A model generated the notes under the pieces. It was not told the origin of the DNA. It searched no databases and worked only from the letters and a program-made list of their open reading frames with translations. Of a stretch of DNA of 64,000 nt, positions 9,489-20,435 are shown piece by piece; position 1 is the first letter of the stretch, and every line of letters starts with the position of its first letter. Source of the stretch: Candidatus Lindowbacteria bacterium RIFCSPLOWO2_12_FULL_62_27. Its GTDB lineage: Bacteria; Lindowbacteria; 2-12-FULL-62-27. The position numbers were made by a program, and so were the translations under genes. Location of the stretch: NCBI GenBank assembly GCA_001784175.1, contig MFPR01000043.1, positions 62,001 through 126,000 of the forward strand, given 5' to 3'.

Positions 9489-10627
9489 CAGCCGGCGACG
9501 GCCGCCTCCGCGCGGGCCTCCCGGGCGGACTGCAGTCTTGTCAGAATCTCGTCCAGGAGCGCCATGCGGTCCGGCTTCACGCGCAGCCGGGATTCGTCCG
9601 GGACAAAACAATCAGAAAGACCCGCGCGCCGGATGGCCGCGCGCCACTTTCGGGATTCCGAACCGGAGACTTTCAGTCCCGCGGTCGTCCGCAGTCCCAG
9701 CATCAGCCGCTCCTGGTCTGCCGTCGATTCGTCCGGCCGTTCTTCGCAGGCCTCCGGGAGCGCTCCACGCGATAGGCCATCAAGCCAGCCGGCGAGGTCG
9801 GACACGTTTTTGTATCGCCGTTTTCCGTCAAACCCCACGGCGGAGGGTCCCAGCCCGATATACGTTCCGTAGCTCCATGTGTTGAGATTGTGCCGGCAGG
9901 CGCGGCCGGCTCTCGCGAAATTGGAGACCTCGTATTGCGCAAGCCCGGCGCCGGCCGCCGATTCCATGATGGCCGCATACTGATCCGCGACGTCGTCGTC
10001 GGGCGGCGGGCGGACTTGACGGCGCGCAAACGGAGTGCCGGGCTCGATGGTGAGGGCATAGGCCGAAAGGTGCGTGAGGTCCGGCGACAGTCGTCGCACG
10101 GCGGAAACGCAGTCCGAGACCGATTGTCCTGGAATGCCGTAGATCAAATCCGCGTTGATGTTGTCCCAGCCGGCCGCGCGAAGCGCGCAGATCGCCCGAA
10201 TCGCGACGTCGGCCGTGTGGATCCGGTTCAGGAATTTGAGGAGGTCGTCGTCCAGACTTTGAACGCCGACGGAAATGCGGTTCAAGCCGGCGCGCCGCCA
10301 GAAAAGGGCGGTGTCCGGCCGGATGGTTCCCGGATTTGCTTCGAGCGACCATTCGGCGCCGTCTTGAATCCGGCCGTGGCCTGAAAATTCTCTCAGCAGG
10401 AGGTCCCAGCTTTCCGGCGTCATGAGCGAAGGTGTGCCGCCGCCGAAATATAACGTGGACAACACCGCGCCCGGCGGTATTCGGAGTCTTATCTCCTGAA
10501 TGATCCCGCGCACATACTGCCGCTCCAATTCCGCTTGGTACGGTTTCCGGAAAAAATTGCAGTAGCCGCACGGATCGACGCAGAACGGAACATGAACGTA
10601 GACATGAAGACCGCGGCGGTCCAGCAT
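9488..10627 (-). CDS. hemW: Radical SAM heme chaperone (HemN-like)
   Basis: YVHVPFCVDPCGYCNF, YFGGGTPS, EANP, RISVGVQS, YEVSNFA, HN. Confidence 0.92.
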   Translation of the reverse strand: MLDRRGLHVYVHVPFCVDPCGYCNFFRKPYQAELERQYVRGIIQEIRLRIPPGAVLSTLYFGGGTPSLMTPESWDLLLREFSGHGRIQDGAEWSLEANPGTIRPDTALFWRRAGLNRISVGVQSLDDDLLKFLNRIHTADVAIRAICALRAAGWDNINADLIYGIPGQSVSDCVSAVRRLSPDLTHLSAYALTIEPGTPFARRQVRPPPDDDVADQYAAIMESAAGAGLAQYEVSNFARAGRACRHNLNTWSYGTYIGLGPSAVGFDGKRRYKNVSDLAGWLDGLSRGALPEACEERPDESTADQERLMLGLRTTAGLKVSGSESRKWRAAIRRAGLSDCFVPDESRLRVKPDRMALLDEILTRLQSAREARAEAAVAG

Positions 10628-11191
10628 CTAATGTTTGTGCGAATGCTTGTGGGAGGAATGGTCGTGCTTGGGCGGCTCAGCCGGTGGGGGAACAGCCGGC
10701 GAATCCGCCGTGACGGGAATGGCCGCGGCCTTCACGCCGGCGCCCTCGACAAACACCATCCGGCCGCCGAGGTCGGCGTTTTGCAGCGCAAGAAGCGCGG
10801 TGACGCCGAGGACGGCCACAAAGGCGGGCGCGGCCGGCGGGCGGTGTTCGCGCCGGAGAGAGCACCACGTCAGCAGAACGATGGACAGGCCGAGGACCGT
10901 GAAGCCCACGATTTCGTGCGTGTGCATGATCCGGTGAATCACGTCGTTGTGCGGAATGCCGCCTTCGGCGCGCAAGCCCGTAATGACCGAGAGCGCCAGC
11001 CCGGCCGTCGCCAGCCCGAGGCATGCGCGCCCGGCGAAGAAGGCCGACTGGGAGGCGCGGAGCCAGCCGATCGCGTAGAACAGAAAGGAAACCGGCAAAA
11101 GCGCGATCGGGAAATGGACAAACACCGGATGGAGATTGTAAACCTCGCCCAACCCGGAAAATCCCAGCAGGGACGCATCCATATGCTCCAC
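10628..11191 (-). CDS. DUF2231-family membrane protein with His-rich tail
   Basis: HPVFVHFPIALL, H..H, GGRMVF; C-terminal HDHSSHKHSHKH. Confidence 0.8.
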   Translation of the reverse strand: MEHMDASLLGFSGLGEVYNLHPVFVHFPIALLPVSFLFYAIGWLRASQSAFFAGRACLGLATAGLALSVITGLRAEGGIPHNDVIHRIMHTHEIVGFTVLGLSIVLLTWCSLRREHRPPAAPAFVAVLGVTALLALQNADLGGRMVFVEGAGVKAAAIPVTADSPAVPPPAEPPKHDHSSHKHSHKH

Positions 11192-11262
11192 ATTCTTATT
11201 TCACTGCCGACCAAACCGCAAGCATTGACATTCGTTCAATGATCATGGAACTTTACAAAACA

Positions 11263-11757
11263 ATGCGCACCCAGGGCGGGTTTTCCCTGCTGGAGGTACT
11301 GGTCTGTTCATTCATCCTGTCGATCCTGTCCGTTTCGATTCTGCACGGGCTGACGGCGCTCGAACTCGAGAGCCGGCTGGCCAAGTCGCGGATGAACGCG
11401 GGTCTCTTGGCGGCGGATTTGCGGGAGGAGATCCTGTCAAGGCCGCCGCTCGATCCGGACGGCTCGCCAGTGATGGGCCGGGAGGCCGGAGAATCCGGCG
11501 GGCGGCTGTCGTACGACGATCAGGACGATTATCAGGGATACGTGGACGGGCCGCCGACCGACATCGGCGGGGCGCCGCTGGCTGGGATGGAACGGCTTTC
11601 CCGCGCGGTGCGGATCGAAAACGTCGCGCCCGACCGGCCGGCGGGTCCGTCGACGGACACGGGTCCACGGGGGCTGAGGCGGTTTACGGTGACCGTGTAT
11701 CGCGACAAGGCCGAGATTGCGCGCCTCGTGTGGCTGGGCGTGGGGCAGGAACCATGA
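11263..11757 (+). CDS. Prepilin-type N-terminal methylation protein (minor pilin/pseudopilin, PilV-like)
   Basis: QGG/FSLLEVL class III signal peptide. Confidence 0.8.
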   Translation: MRTQGGFSLLEVLVCSFILSILSVSILHGLTALELESRLAKSRMNAGLLAADLREEILSRPPLDPDGSPVMGREAGESGGRLSYDDQDDYQGYVDGPPTDIGGAPLAGMERLSRAVRIENVAPDRPAGPSTDTGPRGLRRFTVTVYRDKAEIARLVWLGVGQEP

Positions 11758-12263
11758 GGACGGCGCGGAGAATGGCCGGGATCACGCTCCTGGAGATGCT
11801 GGTGTCGCTGGCGATTTTCAGCATGGTGGTGGCGACGGTCATGCAGTTCAGCGAGTACGTGGCGCGAAGGATCATCACGGTGCGGGACGACGTGCAGGAG
11901 ATCGAGCAGGTGGCCGGTTTTCTGGGCCGGCTTGCCGGCGACGTTCGCGGCGGCCGCAGGGTCCTCTATTCGATGCCCACGGAGATCGGGATCTGGCGCG
12001 CGGACGAAAACGCCGACAGCGCGCCCGAACCTGCCGAGACGGTCGGATATGCGTGGGACGGCACGCCGGCCGGCCAAATCTACCGGCAGGACGGCGCCGA
12101 CAGCGTGCCGGTGCTGTGGAACGTCCACTCACTGCAATTCACCTATGACTGGCAAAGCCCGCAGACGCGCCATGTGGTGGTGGGCCTCCTCGTCGGAAAA
12201 ACGCCGGCCGCGGCCCATCCCTATCATCTCAGCCTGAACCTTCGGGCCTCGGAAGTACACTGA
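11754..12263 (+). CDS. Prepilin-type protein (PilW/GspJ-like)
   Basis: AG/ITLLEML class III signal; ATGA overlap. Confidence 0.8.
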   Translation: MRTARRMAGITLLEMLVSLAIFSMVVATVMQFSEYVARRIITVRDDVQEIEQVAGFLGRLAGDVRGGRRVLYSMPTEIGIWRADENADSAPEPAETVGYAWDGTPAGQIYRQDGADSVPVLWNVHSLQFTYDWQSPQTRHVVVGLLVGKTPAAAHPYHLSLNLRASEVH

Positions 12264-13294
12264 TGCGGCGGAACGACTCCGGGACGGCGATGCTCTATAC
12301 GCTCATGGCGCTGATGGTGCTCTCCATATTTTTAAGCATGATTTACGATCGCGTCCTCCGGCTCATGCGAAGCTCGCTGGAGTGGCAGTGGCGGGAGAAG
12401 GCGCAGGCGGCGGCGGAAAGCGGGTCAGCCGCGTCCGAGGCGCGGCTTTTGGAGCAGCCGACATGGTCGGCCGGCGAGGACCCGGGGCGCGCGCCGGAAT
12501 GGAAGTTCACGCTGGACGGCTCGGACATCCGCGTGCGGACGGAACGGTTCCGGATTCCGGACATCGTCTGGATTTTTTCCAGCAGCGTCCACAAACGCGC
12601 CAAAAAGGAGGTCGTCCGGCCCCTGAAAATCGACGACCCGACCCTCTTCGCGCTCATGGCGCGCAGGAATATCTCGCTGGGCCTCGGCAGCATCGTCACC
12701 GGATCCATCTACGCGTCCCACATCAAGCTGGAGGAGGGCAGCGAGGTGGTGGAGAGCGTGATTTCGAGCGGCGGCCTCGACATCACCGAGTCCCACAAGG
12801 ACGCCAACATTTTCGACGATGCCGCCAGCCCGCCGGAGGTTCCCGACATCGACCTCAAGACGCTCACGGCGGTCTGGACGCAGCCGCTCATGACCGCAAC
12901 GCTGCCGGACACGCCGATGATGCCCGGCCGGTATGCGGCGGCGGGAGATCTGACGATTCAGAACGCATCGGAAACCGATGTCTCGATCCGCGTGGCCGGG
13001 AATCTGCGGCTGGACGGCCGCGTGAATTTGCGGTACACGACGGCCTCGGACACGCCGATCCTGGTCGTCGGCAAAGACCTTACAGGCACGCTGTCCGGCG
13101 CCAAGATCCGCGGCGTGATCTTCGTCGCGGGCAAAGTCACCCTCAAAGGCGAGGGCCTCATCACGGGCATGATCATCGCCGACGAAATCGACCTTGCGGC
13201 CGGCGTGGTCGTCCAGTCCTTCGACGCGCTGCCCAACGACCCGCGGCCGGCGGCCAGTTTCTGGAAACGGCGGGTGCGGCGGGTCAGGAATTAG
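12263..13294 (+). CDS. PilX/GspK-like protein with beta-rich C-terminus
   Basis: SG/TAMLYTL without E5, A..AAESG motif; TGATG coupling. Confidence 0.7.
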   Translation: MRRNDSGTAMLYTLMALMVLSIFLSMIYDRVLRLMRSSLEWQWREKAQAAAESGSAASEARLLEQPTWSAGEDPGRAPEWKFTLDGSDIRVRTERFRIPDIVWIFSSSVHKRAKKEVVRPLKIDDPTLFALMARRNISLGLGSIVTGSIYASHIKLEEGSEVVESVISSGGLDITESHKDANIFDDAASPPEVPDIDLKTLTAVWTQPLMTATLPDTPMMPGRYAAAGDLTIQNASETDVSIRVAGNLRLDGRVNLRYTTASDTPILVVGKDLTGTLSGAKIRGVIFVAGKVTLKGEGLITGMIIADEIDLAAGVVVQSFDALPNDPRPAASFWKRRVRRVRN

Positions 13295-13303
13295 CGAACG
13301 GGG

Positions 13304-14437
13304 TCACCCCAGGGCGTCTTTGACCTTGCTGAAAAATCCTTTTTGCGCCGCGCGGGCGTCCTGAATTTCATGGAGGAGCTGGCGCTCGCGGGCGGAAATA
13401 TTTTTTGGAATTTCGACGGACACGCGCACGAGGAGGTCGCCGAGGCCACGCCCGTCGATCGAGGGGAGGCCCTTCTGGCGCAATCGGAGGAGCGCGCCGT
13501 GCTGGGTGCCGGGCGGGATTTTGACGGCGAGCGTTTCGTCCGACAGCCCGCGGATTTCCACGTCCGTGCCGAGGATGGCGTCGACGTAATGGACGGACAC
13601 CTCCGTCAGGAGATGATGGTCCTGCCGCTCGAACCCCGGATGAGGATGGACGCGGACGAGCACATAGAGGTCGCCGCGGTCGCCGCTGCCCGTTCCGGCG
13701 TCGCCTTCGCCGCGCAGCCTGAGACGCATGCCGTCGTCGACGCCCGCCGGGATTTTCACCGTGATCCGCCGCTTCGCGCGTTTGCGGCCGTCGCCCCGGC
13801 AGTTCGAGCAGGTCGTCTTGAAGGATGACCCGGCGCCGCCGCAGCGCCGGCAGGTGCTCGCGAAACTGAAAAATCCCTGCCGGTAGGCGACCTGGCCGCG
13901 CCCGCCGCAGTCCGGGCACTCGCGCCGGCCGCTGCCGCCCGCGCCGTTGCAGTCCTCGCAGGATTCGAGCCGCGCGATTTCGATGTGCTTTTCCTGAGTC
14001 TCAAGGACGTCGGCGAGGTTGAGGGCGATTTCGAGCTGGAGATCGGCGCCGTCCGTTCCGGCGTGCGCCCCGCGCCCGCGCTGCCCCCGCCGCTCGCGCC
14101 CCCCGCCGCCGAAGAAGACGTCGAAGATGCTTTCCATGCCGGAGGACCGGCCGAAAATTTCGGAGAAGATGTCCTCGAGGTTGGAGTAATCGACCTGCGG
14201 GCCCTGCGGGCCGAAGGCCTGGTGTCCGTACTGATCGTACTGCCGGCGTTTTTCGGCGTCGGACAGAATCTGATAGGCCTCGGTGGCCTCCTTGAACTTT
14301 TCCTCGGCCGATTTGTCTCCCGGATTCTTGTCCGGATGAAACTTCAGGGCAAGCTGCCGGTAGGCTTTCTTGATCTCGTCCTGCGCCGCCGACTTCGAGA
14401 CGCCGAGGACTTCGTAATAATCACGTTTTGTCATCAT
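13304..14437 (-). CDS. dnaJ: Chaperone DnaJ
   Basis: [13 protein letters not shown] region, four CxxCxGxG repeats. Confidence 0.98.
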   Translation of the reverse strand: MMTKRDYYEVLGVSKSAAQDEIKKAYRQLALKFHPDKNPGDKSAEEKFKEATEAYQILSDAEKRRQYDQYGHQAFGPQGPQVDYSNLEDIFSEIFGRSSGMESIFDVFFGGGGRERRGQRGRGAHAGTDGADLQLEIALNLADVLETQEKHIEIARLESCEDCNGAGGSGRRECPDCGGRGQVAYRQGFFSFASTCRRCGGAGSSFKTTCSNCRGDGRKRAKRRITVKIPAGVDDGMRLRLRGEGDAGTGSGDRGDLYVLVRVHPHPGFERQDHHLLTEVSVHYVDAILGTDVEIRGLSDETLAVKIPPGTQHGALLRLRQKGLPSIDGRGLGDLLVRVSVEIPKNISARERQLLHEIQDARAAQKGFFSKVKDALG

Positions 14438-16349
14438 CCACGACCTTGAAATCGGCGTCGACGGCGCCGGACTTGTCCTTCGATCCGGCGTCCTTGTCCT
14501 TGGCGGACCCGGCGCCCGCGCCGGCGGCATCGGACTCCTTCCGCGCGGCCTCGTAAATCTTCTCGCCCAGCTTCTGGCTCACCTGTCCGAGATGGTCGAT
14601 GGCCTTGCGGATGTCCGCCTCGCTGGTGGCGGAGTCCTTCGTTTTCTTGAGGTCCTCGACGGCCGCCTCGATTTTCTTTCGGTCGTCCTCGCCGACCTTG
14701 TCGCCGTACTCGCGGAGGGCCTTTTCGGTCGCGTAGACGAGCGAATCGGCCTGGTTTTTGGCGTCGACGAGTTCCCGGTGTTTGCTGTCCTCCTCGGCGT
14801 GCGCCTCGGCCTCTTTTCGCATGCGCTCCACGTCGTCCTTGCCAAGGTTGGAGCTGCCGGTGATGGAGATCCGTTGTTCCTTGCCGGTGCCCTTGTCCTT
14901 GGCCGTGACATGGATGATGCCGTTGGCGTCGATGTCGAACGTGACCTCGATCTGCGGCAGTCCGCGGGGCGCGGGCGGGATGCCGTCGAGATGGAACCGG
15001 CCGAGGATCTTGTTGTCCGCGGCGCGGGTGCGCTCGCCCTGGAGCACCACGATCTCGACGCTGGGCTGGTTGTCGGCGGCGGTAGAAAAGGACTCCGCCT
15101 TTTTTGTCGGAATGGTCGTGTTGCGCTCGATGAGCTTGGTCATCACGCCGCCGAGCGTTTCGACGCCCAAGCTGAGCGGCGTCACGTCCAGGAGCAGGAT
15201 ATCCTTGACCGACTTGTCCTGGGACAGGATCGCGCCCTGGATGGCGGCGCCGACCGCCACGACCTCGTCGGGATTGACGCTCTGGTTGGGTGTCTTGCCG
15301 AAAAATTCCTTGACGGCGCGCTGAATGGCGGGGATTCGCGTGGAGCCGCCGACCAGCACGACCTCGTTGATGTCCTTGACCGACAGCCCCGCGTCCTTGA
15401 GCGCCTGCCCGGTGGGGCCGATGCTGCGATCGATCAGGTCCTGGATCAGGGATTCGAATTTGGCGCGCGTCAGTTTAATCGAGAGGTGTTTGGGCCCTGA
15501 CGCGTCAGCGGTGATGAAGGGCAGGTTGATTTCCGTTTCCATGGTGGTCGACAGCTCGACCTTGGCCTTTTCCGCCGCCTCCCTCAGTCTCTGAAGCGCC
15601 ATCCGGTCCTTGCGGAGGTCCACGCCGTTTTCTTTTTTGAACTCGTCCGCGACATAATCGACGATCCGGACGTCGTGGTCGTCCCCGCCGAGATGAGTGT
15701 CGCCGTTGGTCGATTTCACCTGGAAGACGCCCTCGCCGATTTCGAGGATCGAGATGTCGAAGGTGCCTCCGCCGTAATCGTAGATGGCGATTTTCTCGTC
15801 TTTCTTCCTGTCGAGTCCATAGGCCAGGGCGGCCGCAGTCGGTTCATTGATGATGCGGAGGACCTCAAGCCCGGCGATCGCGCCGGCGTCCTTGGTCGCC
15901 TGCCGCTGGGAATCGTTGAAATAGGCCGGCACCGTGATCACGGCCTTGGACACCGTCGTGCCGAGGAAGGCCTCGGCGTCTTTTTTCATTTTCATCAATA
16001 TCCGCGCCGAGATTTCGGGCGGCGTGTACGTTTTATCCGCCACGTCCACGACCGCCATGCCCTCCTTGCCTGACGAGACTTTATACGGAACGCGCCGGAT
16101 CTCGTCGTCGATCTCGGCGCGCATGCGGCCCATGAATCGCTTGATCGAGTAAATGGTCCGGTCCGGATGCGTGACCGCCTGGCGTTTGGCGATGGCGCCG
16201 ACCAGGAGTTCCCCGGAGGCGGAGAATCCGACCACCGATGGCGTGGTACGGCCGCCCTCGGCGTTCGGGATCACTTTCGGCTCGCCGTTTTCGACGTATG
16301 CGACGCAGGAATTGGTGGTGCCCAGATCAATCCCGATGACTTTGCTCAT
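14421..16349 (-). CDS. dnaK: Chaperone DnaK
   Basis: [41 protein letters not shown]. Confidence 0.99.
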   Translation of the reverse strand: MSKVIGIDLGTTNSCVAYVENGEPKVIPNAEGGRTTPSVVGFSASGELLVGAIAKRQAVTHPDRTIYSIKRFMGRMRAEIDDEIRRVPYKVSSGKEGMAVVDVADKTYTPPEISARILMKMKKDAEAFLGTTVSKAVITVPAYFNDSQRQATKDAGAIAGLEVLRIINEPTAAALAYGLDRKKDEKIAIYDYGGGTFDISILEIGEGVFQVKSTNGDTHLGGDDHDVRIVDYVADEFKKENGVDLRKDRMALQRLREAAEKAKVELSTTMETEINLPFITADASGPKHLSIKLTRAKFESLIQDLIDRSIGPTGQALKDAGLSVKDINEVVLVGGSTRIPAIQRAVKEFFGKTPNQSVNPDEVVAVGAAIQGAILSQDKSVKDILLLDVTPLSLGVETLGGVMTKLIERNTTIPTKKAESFSTAADNQPSVEIVVLQGERTRAADNKILGRFHLDGIPPAPRGLPQIEVTFDIDANGIIHVTAKDKGTGKEQRISITGSSNLGKDDVERMRKEAEAHAEEDSKHRELVDAKNQADSLVYATEKALREYGDKVGEDDRKKIEAAVEDLKKTKDSATSEADIRKAIDHLGQVSQKLGEKIYEAARKESDAAGAGAGSAKDKDAGSKDKSGAVDADFKVVDDDKT

Positions 16350-16851
16350 GTGACTCACCTCTCTCGTTTACAGTTGAAACCCCGACCCTGACCCGCACGG
16401 GCCGGATCAGCCGGCCGTCCAGCCGGTATCCTTTTTGGAGGACGTGGAGGACCATCGGCGCGTCGAGTCCCGGGACCTCTTCGGTTTCGACGGCCTCCTG
16501 CTCGCCGGGATGAAAAAGCGCGTCCGGCGGAAGTTGGATGGCGCTCAATCCCATCGCTTCGAGGACCGACAGGACCTGCCGGCCGATGGCTCTGTATCCG
16601 TCCAGATATTTTTTTCGAATCTCCTCCGGCACGCCCGCGTCGATGGAAAGCTCCGCGAGGTCGAATGCGTCGAGGACCGGCAGGAGGCGCGCGACGAAGC
16701 GTTCCTTCTGCGCGGCGCTCGCGTCCTCGCGCTCCCGAAGGGCGCGGCGCTTGTAGTTCTCGAGTTCCGCCGCCGCGCGGTATGCGAGGTCCTTGAATTT
16801 TTCCAGCTCGGTGTCGGCCGCCGAGGTTTCGGCGGGATTGGCTTCCATCAT
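16327..16851 (-). CDS. grpE: Nucleotide exchange factor GrpE
   Basis: [31 protein letters not shown]; synteny. Confidence 0.95.
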   Translation of the reverse strand: MMEANPAETSAADTELEKFKDLAYRAAAELENYKRRALREREDASAAQKERFVARLLPVLDAFDLAELSIDAGVPEEIRKKYLDGYRAIGRQVLSVLEAMGLSAIQLPPDALFHPGEQEAVETEEVPGLDAPMVLHVLQKGYRLDGRLIRPVRVRVGVSTVNERGESHEQSHRD

Positions 16852-17618
16852 CTCACCCCCCGCATCCGGCGGAACGTGCTGTTCACGGCGTCCTTGACGG
16901 CGCCGACCAGCGCGATGAGCCGGCCGTACGGCATGCGCTTGGGGCCGACCAGCCCCAGGCTTCCCTGACGCGCATCGTCCACGTGGTAGCCGGCCTTGAT
17001 GACGCCGAATTCCTGCAGCTCGGGCTGGTTCAGCTCCCGGCCGAGTTTCACATCGACTTCGTCCGGCCCACCCGGTTCGGGCCTGAAGATCTCGCCGAGC
17101 CGGGCCGGCTCCTCGAGAACCCCCATGGCCTCCCGGAGCTGGCCCATGTCCTTGAAATCGGGTCTGTCGAGCATGAGCGACAACCGGCTGATCTCGACGT
17201 GGCGGCGGTCCGGGTAGAGGACCACGGCCGTGTGGCCGGAAACGTCGGCCATGAGCCGCGCCGTTTTCTGGAGGATGTCGTCCAGCGAGGCCAGTTTCTC
17301 ATTGTACTCGCGGACGATCCGCTCGCGCTGCCGGGCGGCAATCTCCTGGATTTTCAAAAGCTCGTTGATGTAATACCGGTACCCCTTGTCGGTCGGCTGT
17401 CGCCCGGCGGACGTGTGGGGCTGGCCGAGGTATCCCCACTCCTCGAGGTCCGAGCAGATGTTCCGGACGGTGGCCGGCGACATGTCAAAGTCGAAGGCCT
17501 TGGAGATGGTCCGGGACCCGATGGGCTCGTTGGCCCGGATGTAGTTGTGGATCGTGAAATAGAGTATGCGTTTCTCCCGAACGGTCAATTCCCGGTCGGC
17601 CTCGCTTTTCGGCGTCAT
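16848..17618 (-). CDS. hrcA: Heat-inducible transcription repressor HrcA (short form)
   Basis: EPIGSR, SPATVRN, QPHTSAGRQPTDKGYRYY, GLVGPKRMPY; upstream CIRCE. Confidence 0.95.
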   Translation of the reverse strand: MTPKSEADRELTVREKRILYFTIHNYIRANEPIGSRTISKAFDFDMSPATVRNICSDLEEWGYLGQPHTSAGRQPTDKGYRYYINELLKIQEIAARQRERIVREYNEKLASLDDILQKTARLMADVSGHTAVVLYPDRRHVEISRLSLMLDRPDFKDMGQLREAMGVLEEPARLGEIFRPEPGGPDEVDVKLGRELNQPELQEFGVIKAGYHVDDARQGSLGLVGPKRMPYGRLIALVGAVKDAVNSTFRRMRGVR

Positions 17619-17643
17619 GTCCGCCCTCCACCCGCGCCCGAAG

Positions 17644-17670
17644 TTAGCACTCTCCCTTTGAGAGTGCTAA
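17644..17670. promoter_or_regulatory. CIRCE operator
   Basis: Perfect TTAGCACTC-N9-GAGTGCTAA upstream of hrcA; minus-strand TTGACA at 17698-17703. Confidence 0.97.
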
Positions 17671-17730
17671 TTAACTTTATAAAGGAACGCGGGCGAATGT
17701 CAAGACCGGGGCCGGATCAAAGAGATCGCA

Positions 17731-18618
17731 TCAGACGCTGTGCCTTCCGAAGACGGCGGTCGATAGAATCCGGCCGGCGCTTTTTTCGATGATCGCCAAT
17801 TCCCCGGCCTCCGTCGCGCCGCCCCACGTCCGGGCCAGACCGTCAATGGCGTTGGAGAGACTCAGCGCGGAGGCCCGAAACGCGTACACGGTGAGGATGA
17901 CAAAGAGCGGCTTGGAGGCGGAAAGATCGCGCAGGGATTCGAACAAGGCCGGCAGAGACTCCTCCAGTTTCCACACTTCGCCTTTCGGGCCGCGCCCGAA
18001 TTTCGGAGGATCGAGGATGAACGCGTCATAGCGCGCGCCGCGGCGGATTTCCCGCTTCACGAATTTCATCGCATCGTCCACAATCCACCGGATGGGACGG
18101 CCGCTGAGGCCGGACAGGATTTGGTTCTCTCGCGCCCACGTCATCGCCTTCTTCGAGGCGTCCACGTGGGTGACGGAGGCGCCGGCCGCGGCCGCCGCCA
18201 GGGTCGCAAGACCGGTGTAGCCGAAAAGCGAAAGGACGCTCACCGGCCGGCCGGATCCGCGAATCTGCCGGTCGATCCAGTCCCAGTGTGAGGCCTGTTC
18301 GGGAAACACCCCGAGATGGCGGAATGGAGTCGGCTGAACCCAGAACGCGAGTTCTTTGTATCGCATTTTCCATCGCGCTTCGATTGGCCGCAGCGTCTCC
18401 CACCCGGCCGGTTCGTCCTCCCCGCGCTCCCGGAAGACCATGTGGGTGTCTTCCCAGTCTTTCGCCAAAAGAGCCTTCTGCCAGACGGCCTGGGGTTCCG
18501 GCCGGACGAACCGGAAGGCGCCGAATCGTTCGAGTTTGGCGCCGCCGCCGCTGTCGAGGAGTTCGTACTCTGTCCAGTCCGGGGAGGTGAGAACGGTCAG
18601 AGATGCAGATTTTTTCAT
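17731..18618 (-). CDS. Class I SAM-dependent methyltransferase (RlmI/RlmK-like)
   Basis: YELLDSGGGAKLERFG, GVFPEQ, LFGYTG, HVDAS, LDPPKFGRGP. Confidence 0.88.
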   Translation of the reverse strand: MKKSASLTVLTSPDWTEYELLDSGGGAKLERFGAFRFVRPEPQAVWQKALLAKDWEDTHMVFRERGEDEPAGWETLRPIEARWKMRYKELAFWVQPTPFRHLGVFPEQASHWDWIDRQIRGSGRPVSVLSLFGYTGLATLAAAAAGASVTHVDASKKAMTWARENQILSGLSGRPIRWIVDDAMKFVKREIRRGARYDAFILDPPKFGRGPKGEVWKLEESLPALFESLRDLSASKPLFVILTVYAFRASALSLSNAIDGLARTWGGATEAGELAIIEKSAGRILSTAVFGRHSV

Positions 18619-18781
18619 AGGTCGCCGACGATCCTCATCCTGGAATCTCCTCTCTGTTCGCGAGATTTTAAGTGAAATTAAATCACGTAATTCGGAAAAG
18701 GGTTAGAGGTCTTCTGTAATTTCCCGCCTCATATCGTCCAACCCCTGGCGCCTGATCGGGGCTCTGAACCGGCGGCCATCC

Positions 18782-18809
18782 TTGACACTTTGAAAATACC
18801 GTGTATATT
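18782..18809 (+). promoter_or_regulatory. Sigma70 promoter, probably leaderless transcript
   Basis: TTGACA (18782-18787), 16 nt, TATATT (18804-18809), 6 nt before ATG 18816; no RBS. Confidence 0.6.
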
Positions 18810-18815
18810 TAAAGT

Positions 18816-20081
18816 ATGACTTTCCCACGAATTTTGACCGGGTATCTCGACCGGTGGATCCGGCGGCCCAAATCTCTCCTGCTCTGGGGGCCAAGGCAGG
18901 TCGGAAAGACAACCCTCATCGAGAACTGGCTTGAGAAAGGGTTACCGCGCGGGTGGGAATCACATGCCTATCCTCTGCAAGACCCCTCCGTCCGGCGACG
19001 GATGGAACAGGAGCCCGGCATCCTTCAGGAGGAACTTTTGGCCGGGACCGGAAAACGGAAGGTGATCTTTATCGATGAGGTACAGAAAGTGCCGGCGCTG
19101 CTCGACCTCGTCCAGCTCCTGATCGACCGGCATAAATCAAAATGGAAATTCATCCTGACGGGATCTTCCGCGCGAAAAATCCGGCGCGCCGGCGCAAATC
19201 TTCTCCCGGGCCGCGTATTTGAAAAACGGCTGGATCCCTTGATGTGGTCGGAATTGGGTTGGCCTCATCCGTCACCCGGCCGATCTTTGACGCCTCTGCC
19301 GTGGCCTAAAATGCGCAAGGCCGGCGAGGCCGGCCGGAAGACCCCGCGCTTCGGGCTTGAAGATCAGATGACATGGGGATCTCTTCCGGAAATGCCTGCG
19401 CTTGGCGCGGCGGACAGAAGCGAGACGCTGAAATCCTACGTGAGTCTTTACATCGAGCAGGAGATCCGTGCGGAGGCGCTGGCGAGAAATCTGGGCGCGT
19501 TTAACCGATTTCTTGAGCTGGCCGCGCGCGAATCCGGATCGGCCCCGAATCTTTCCAAATTGGCGCAGGAAAGCGGCGTGAGCATGCCGGCGATCAAGGG
19601 ATATTACGCGATTTTGGAGGATACATTTCTTGTCGAGCGGCTCGAGCCGTATTTGAAAAACGCGCGCAAGAGGCTGATGGCGCCGCCGCGACACTTTTTT
19701 TTCGATACCGGCGTGCGAAACGCCGCCGCGGGCCTTCCGCTCACGCGGGACATCCTCGCCGTCGAATCCGGCCGGCGCTTCGAACACCACATCATCCTCG
19801 AAACCCTGCGGCGAATTAGGTCGATGGATTTGCCCTGGAAAGTCCATTATTGGCGGACCTCCCACGGCGCCGAGGTCGATATGGTCGTGGACACCGGTGA
19901 CGAACTGGTTCCGATCGAGATCAAGCATTCCACGCACGTCTCCAGATCGGATCTCAGCGGACTCCATCAATTCATGGAGGATTACCGCTCCAAAGTCCGC
20001 CAAGGCTGGCTCGTATGCCGCATCCCAAAACCCAGAAAACTGGCCCGCCAAATTACGGCGATTCCATGGCAGATGTTGTGA
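18816..20081 (+). CDS. AAA_14 ATPase with DUF4143 C-terminal domain
   Basis: GPRQVGKTT, FIDEVQK, LTGSS, LPGR, FFDTG, YWRT...EVD...IEIK. Confidence 0.9.
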   Translation: MTFPRILTGYLDRWIRRPKSLLLWGPRQVGKTTLIENWLEKGLPRGWESHAYPLQDPSVRRRMEQEPGILQEELLAGTGKRKVIFIDEVQKVPALLDLVQLLIDRHKSKWKFILTGSSARKIRRAGANLLPGRVFEKRLDPLMWSELGWPHPSPGRSLTPLPWPKMRKAGEAGRKTPRFGLEDQMTWGSLPEMPALGAADRSETLKSYVSLYIEQEIRAEALARNLGAFNRFLELAARESGSAPNLSKLAQESGVSMPAIKGYYAILEDTFLVERLEPYLKNARKRLMAPPRHFFFDTGVRNAAAGLPLTRDILAVESGRRFEHHIILETLRRIRSMDLPWKVHYWRTSHGAEVDMVVDTGDELVPIEIKHSTHVSRSDLSGLHQFMEDYRSKVRQGWLVCRIPKPRKLARQITAIPWQML

Positions 20082-20168
20082 AATAGGCATGTGACGTTTC
20101 TTTTCTTTTCCGCCCTATAGTGATCTTGCCATACTGCTCACCTGTAATCGTCCGGGCAGACCGTAAAA

Positions 20169-20435
20169 TTATATCAACGCCTCCGTCAGGATCCGGTCGA
20201 TCAACGTCTGATACCCCCGGAGTTTCTTCTTTTTTGCCATCTGTTTTGCCCGTTCAATCTGCCAGCGGCGCAGGCGGATCGTGACCGGGACCTTCGGAGA
20301 GGTGTCCTGAATGACCTTCTTGAACCATTCACGCTCCCCTTTGGTGAGGGGCTCTGTGTTCTCGATGTCTCCGGAGAACTCCTTGTCAAAGTGCGCGGAC
20401 AATTTTTCCAGTTCCTTCAGTCGTTTCGCTTTCAT
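20169..20435 (-). CDS. BrnA/CopG-like antitoxin
   Basis: VTIRLRRWQIERAKQMA...GYQTLI; ATGA overlap with toxin. Confidence 0.8.
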   Translation of the reverse strand: MKAKRLKELEKLSAHFDKEFSGDIENTEPLTKGEREWFKKVIQDTSPKVPVTIRLRRWQIERAKQMAKKKKLRGYQTLIDRILTEALI

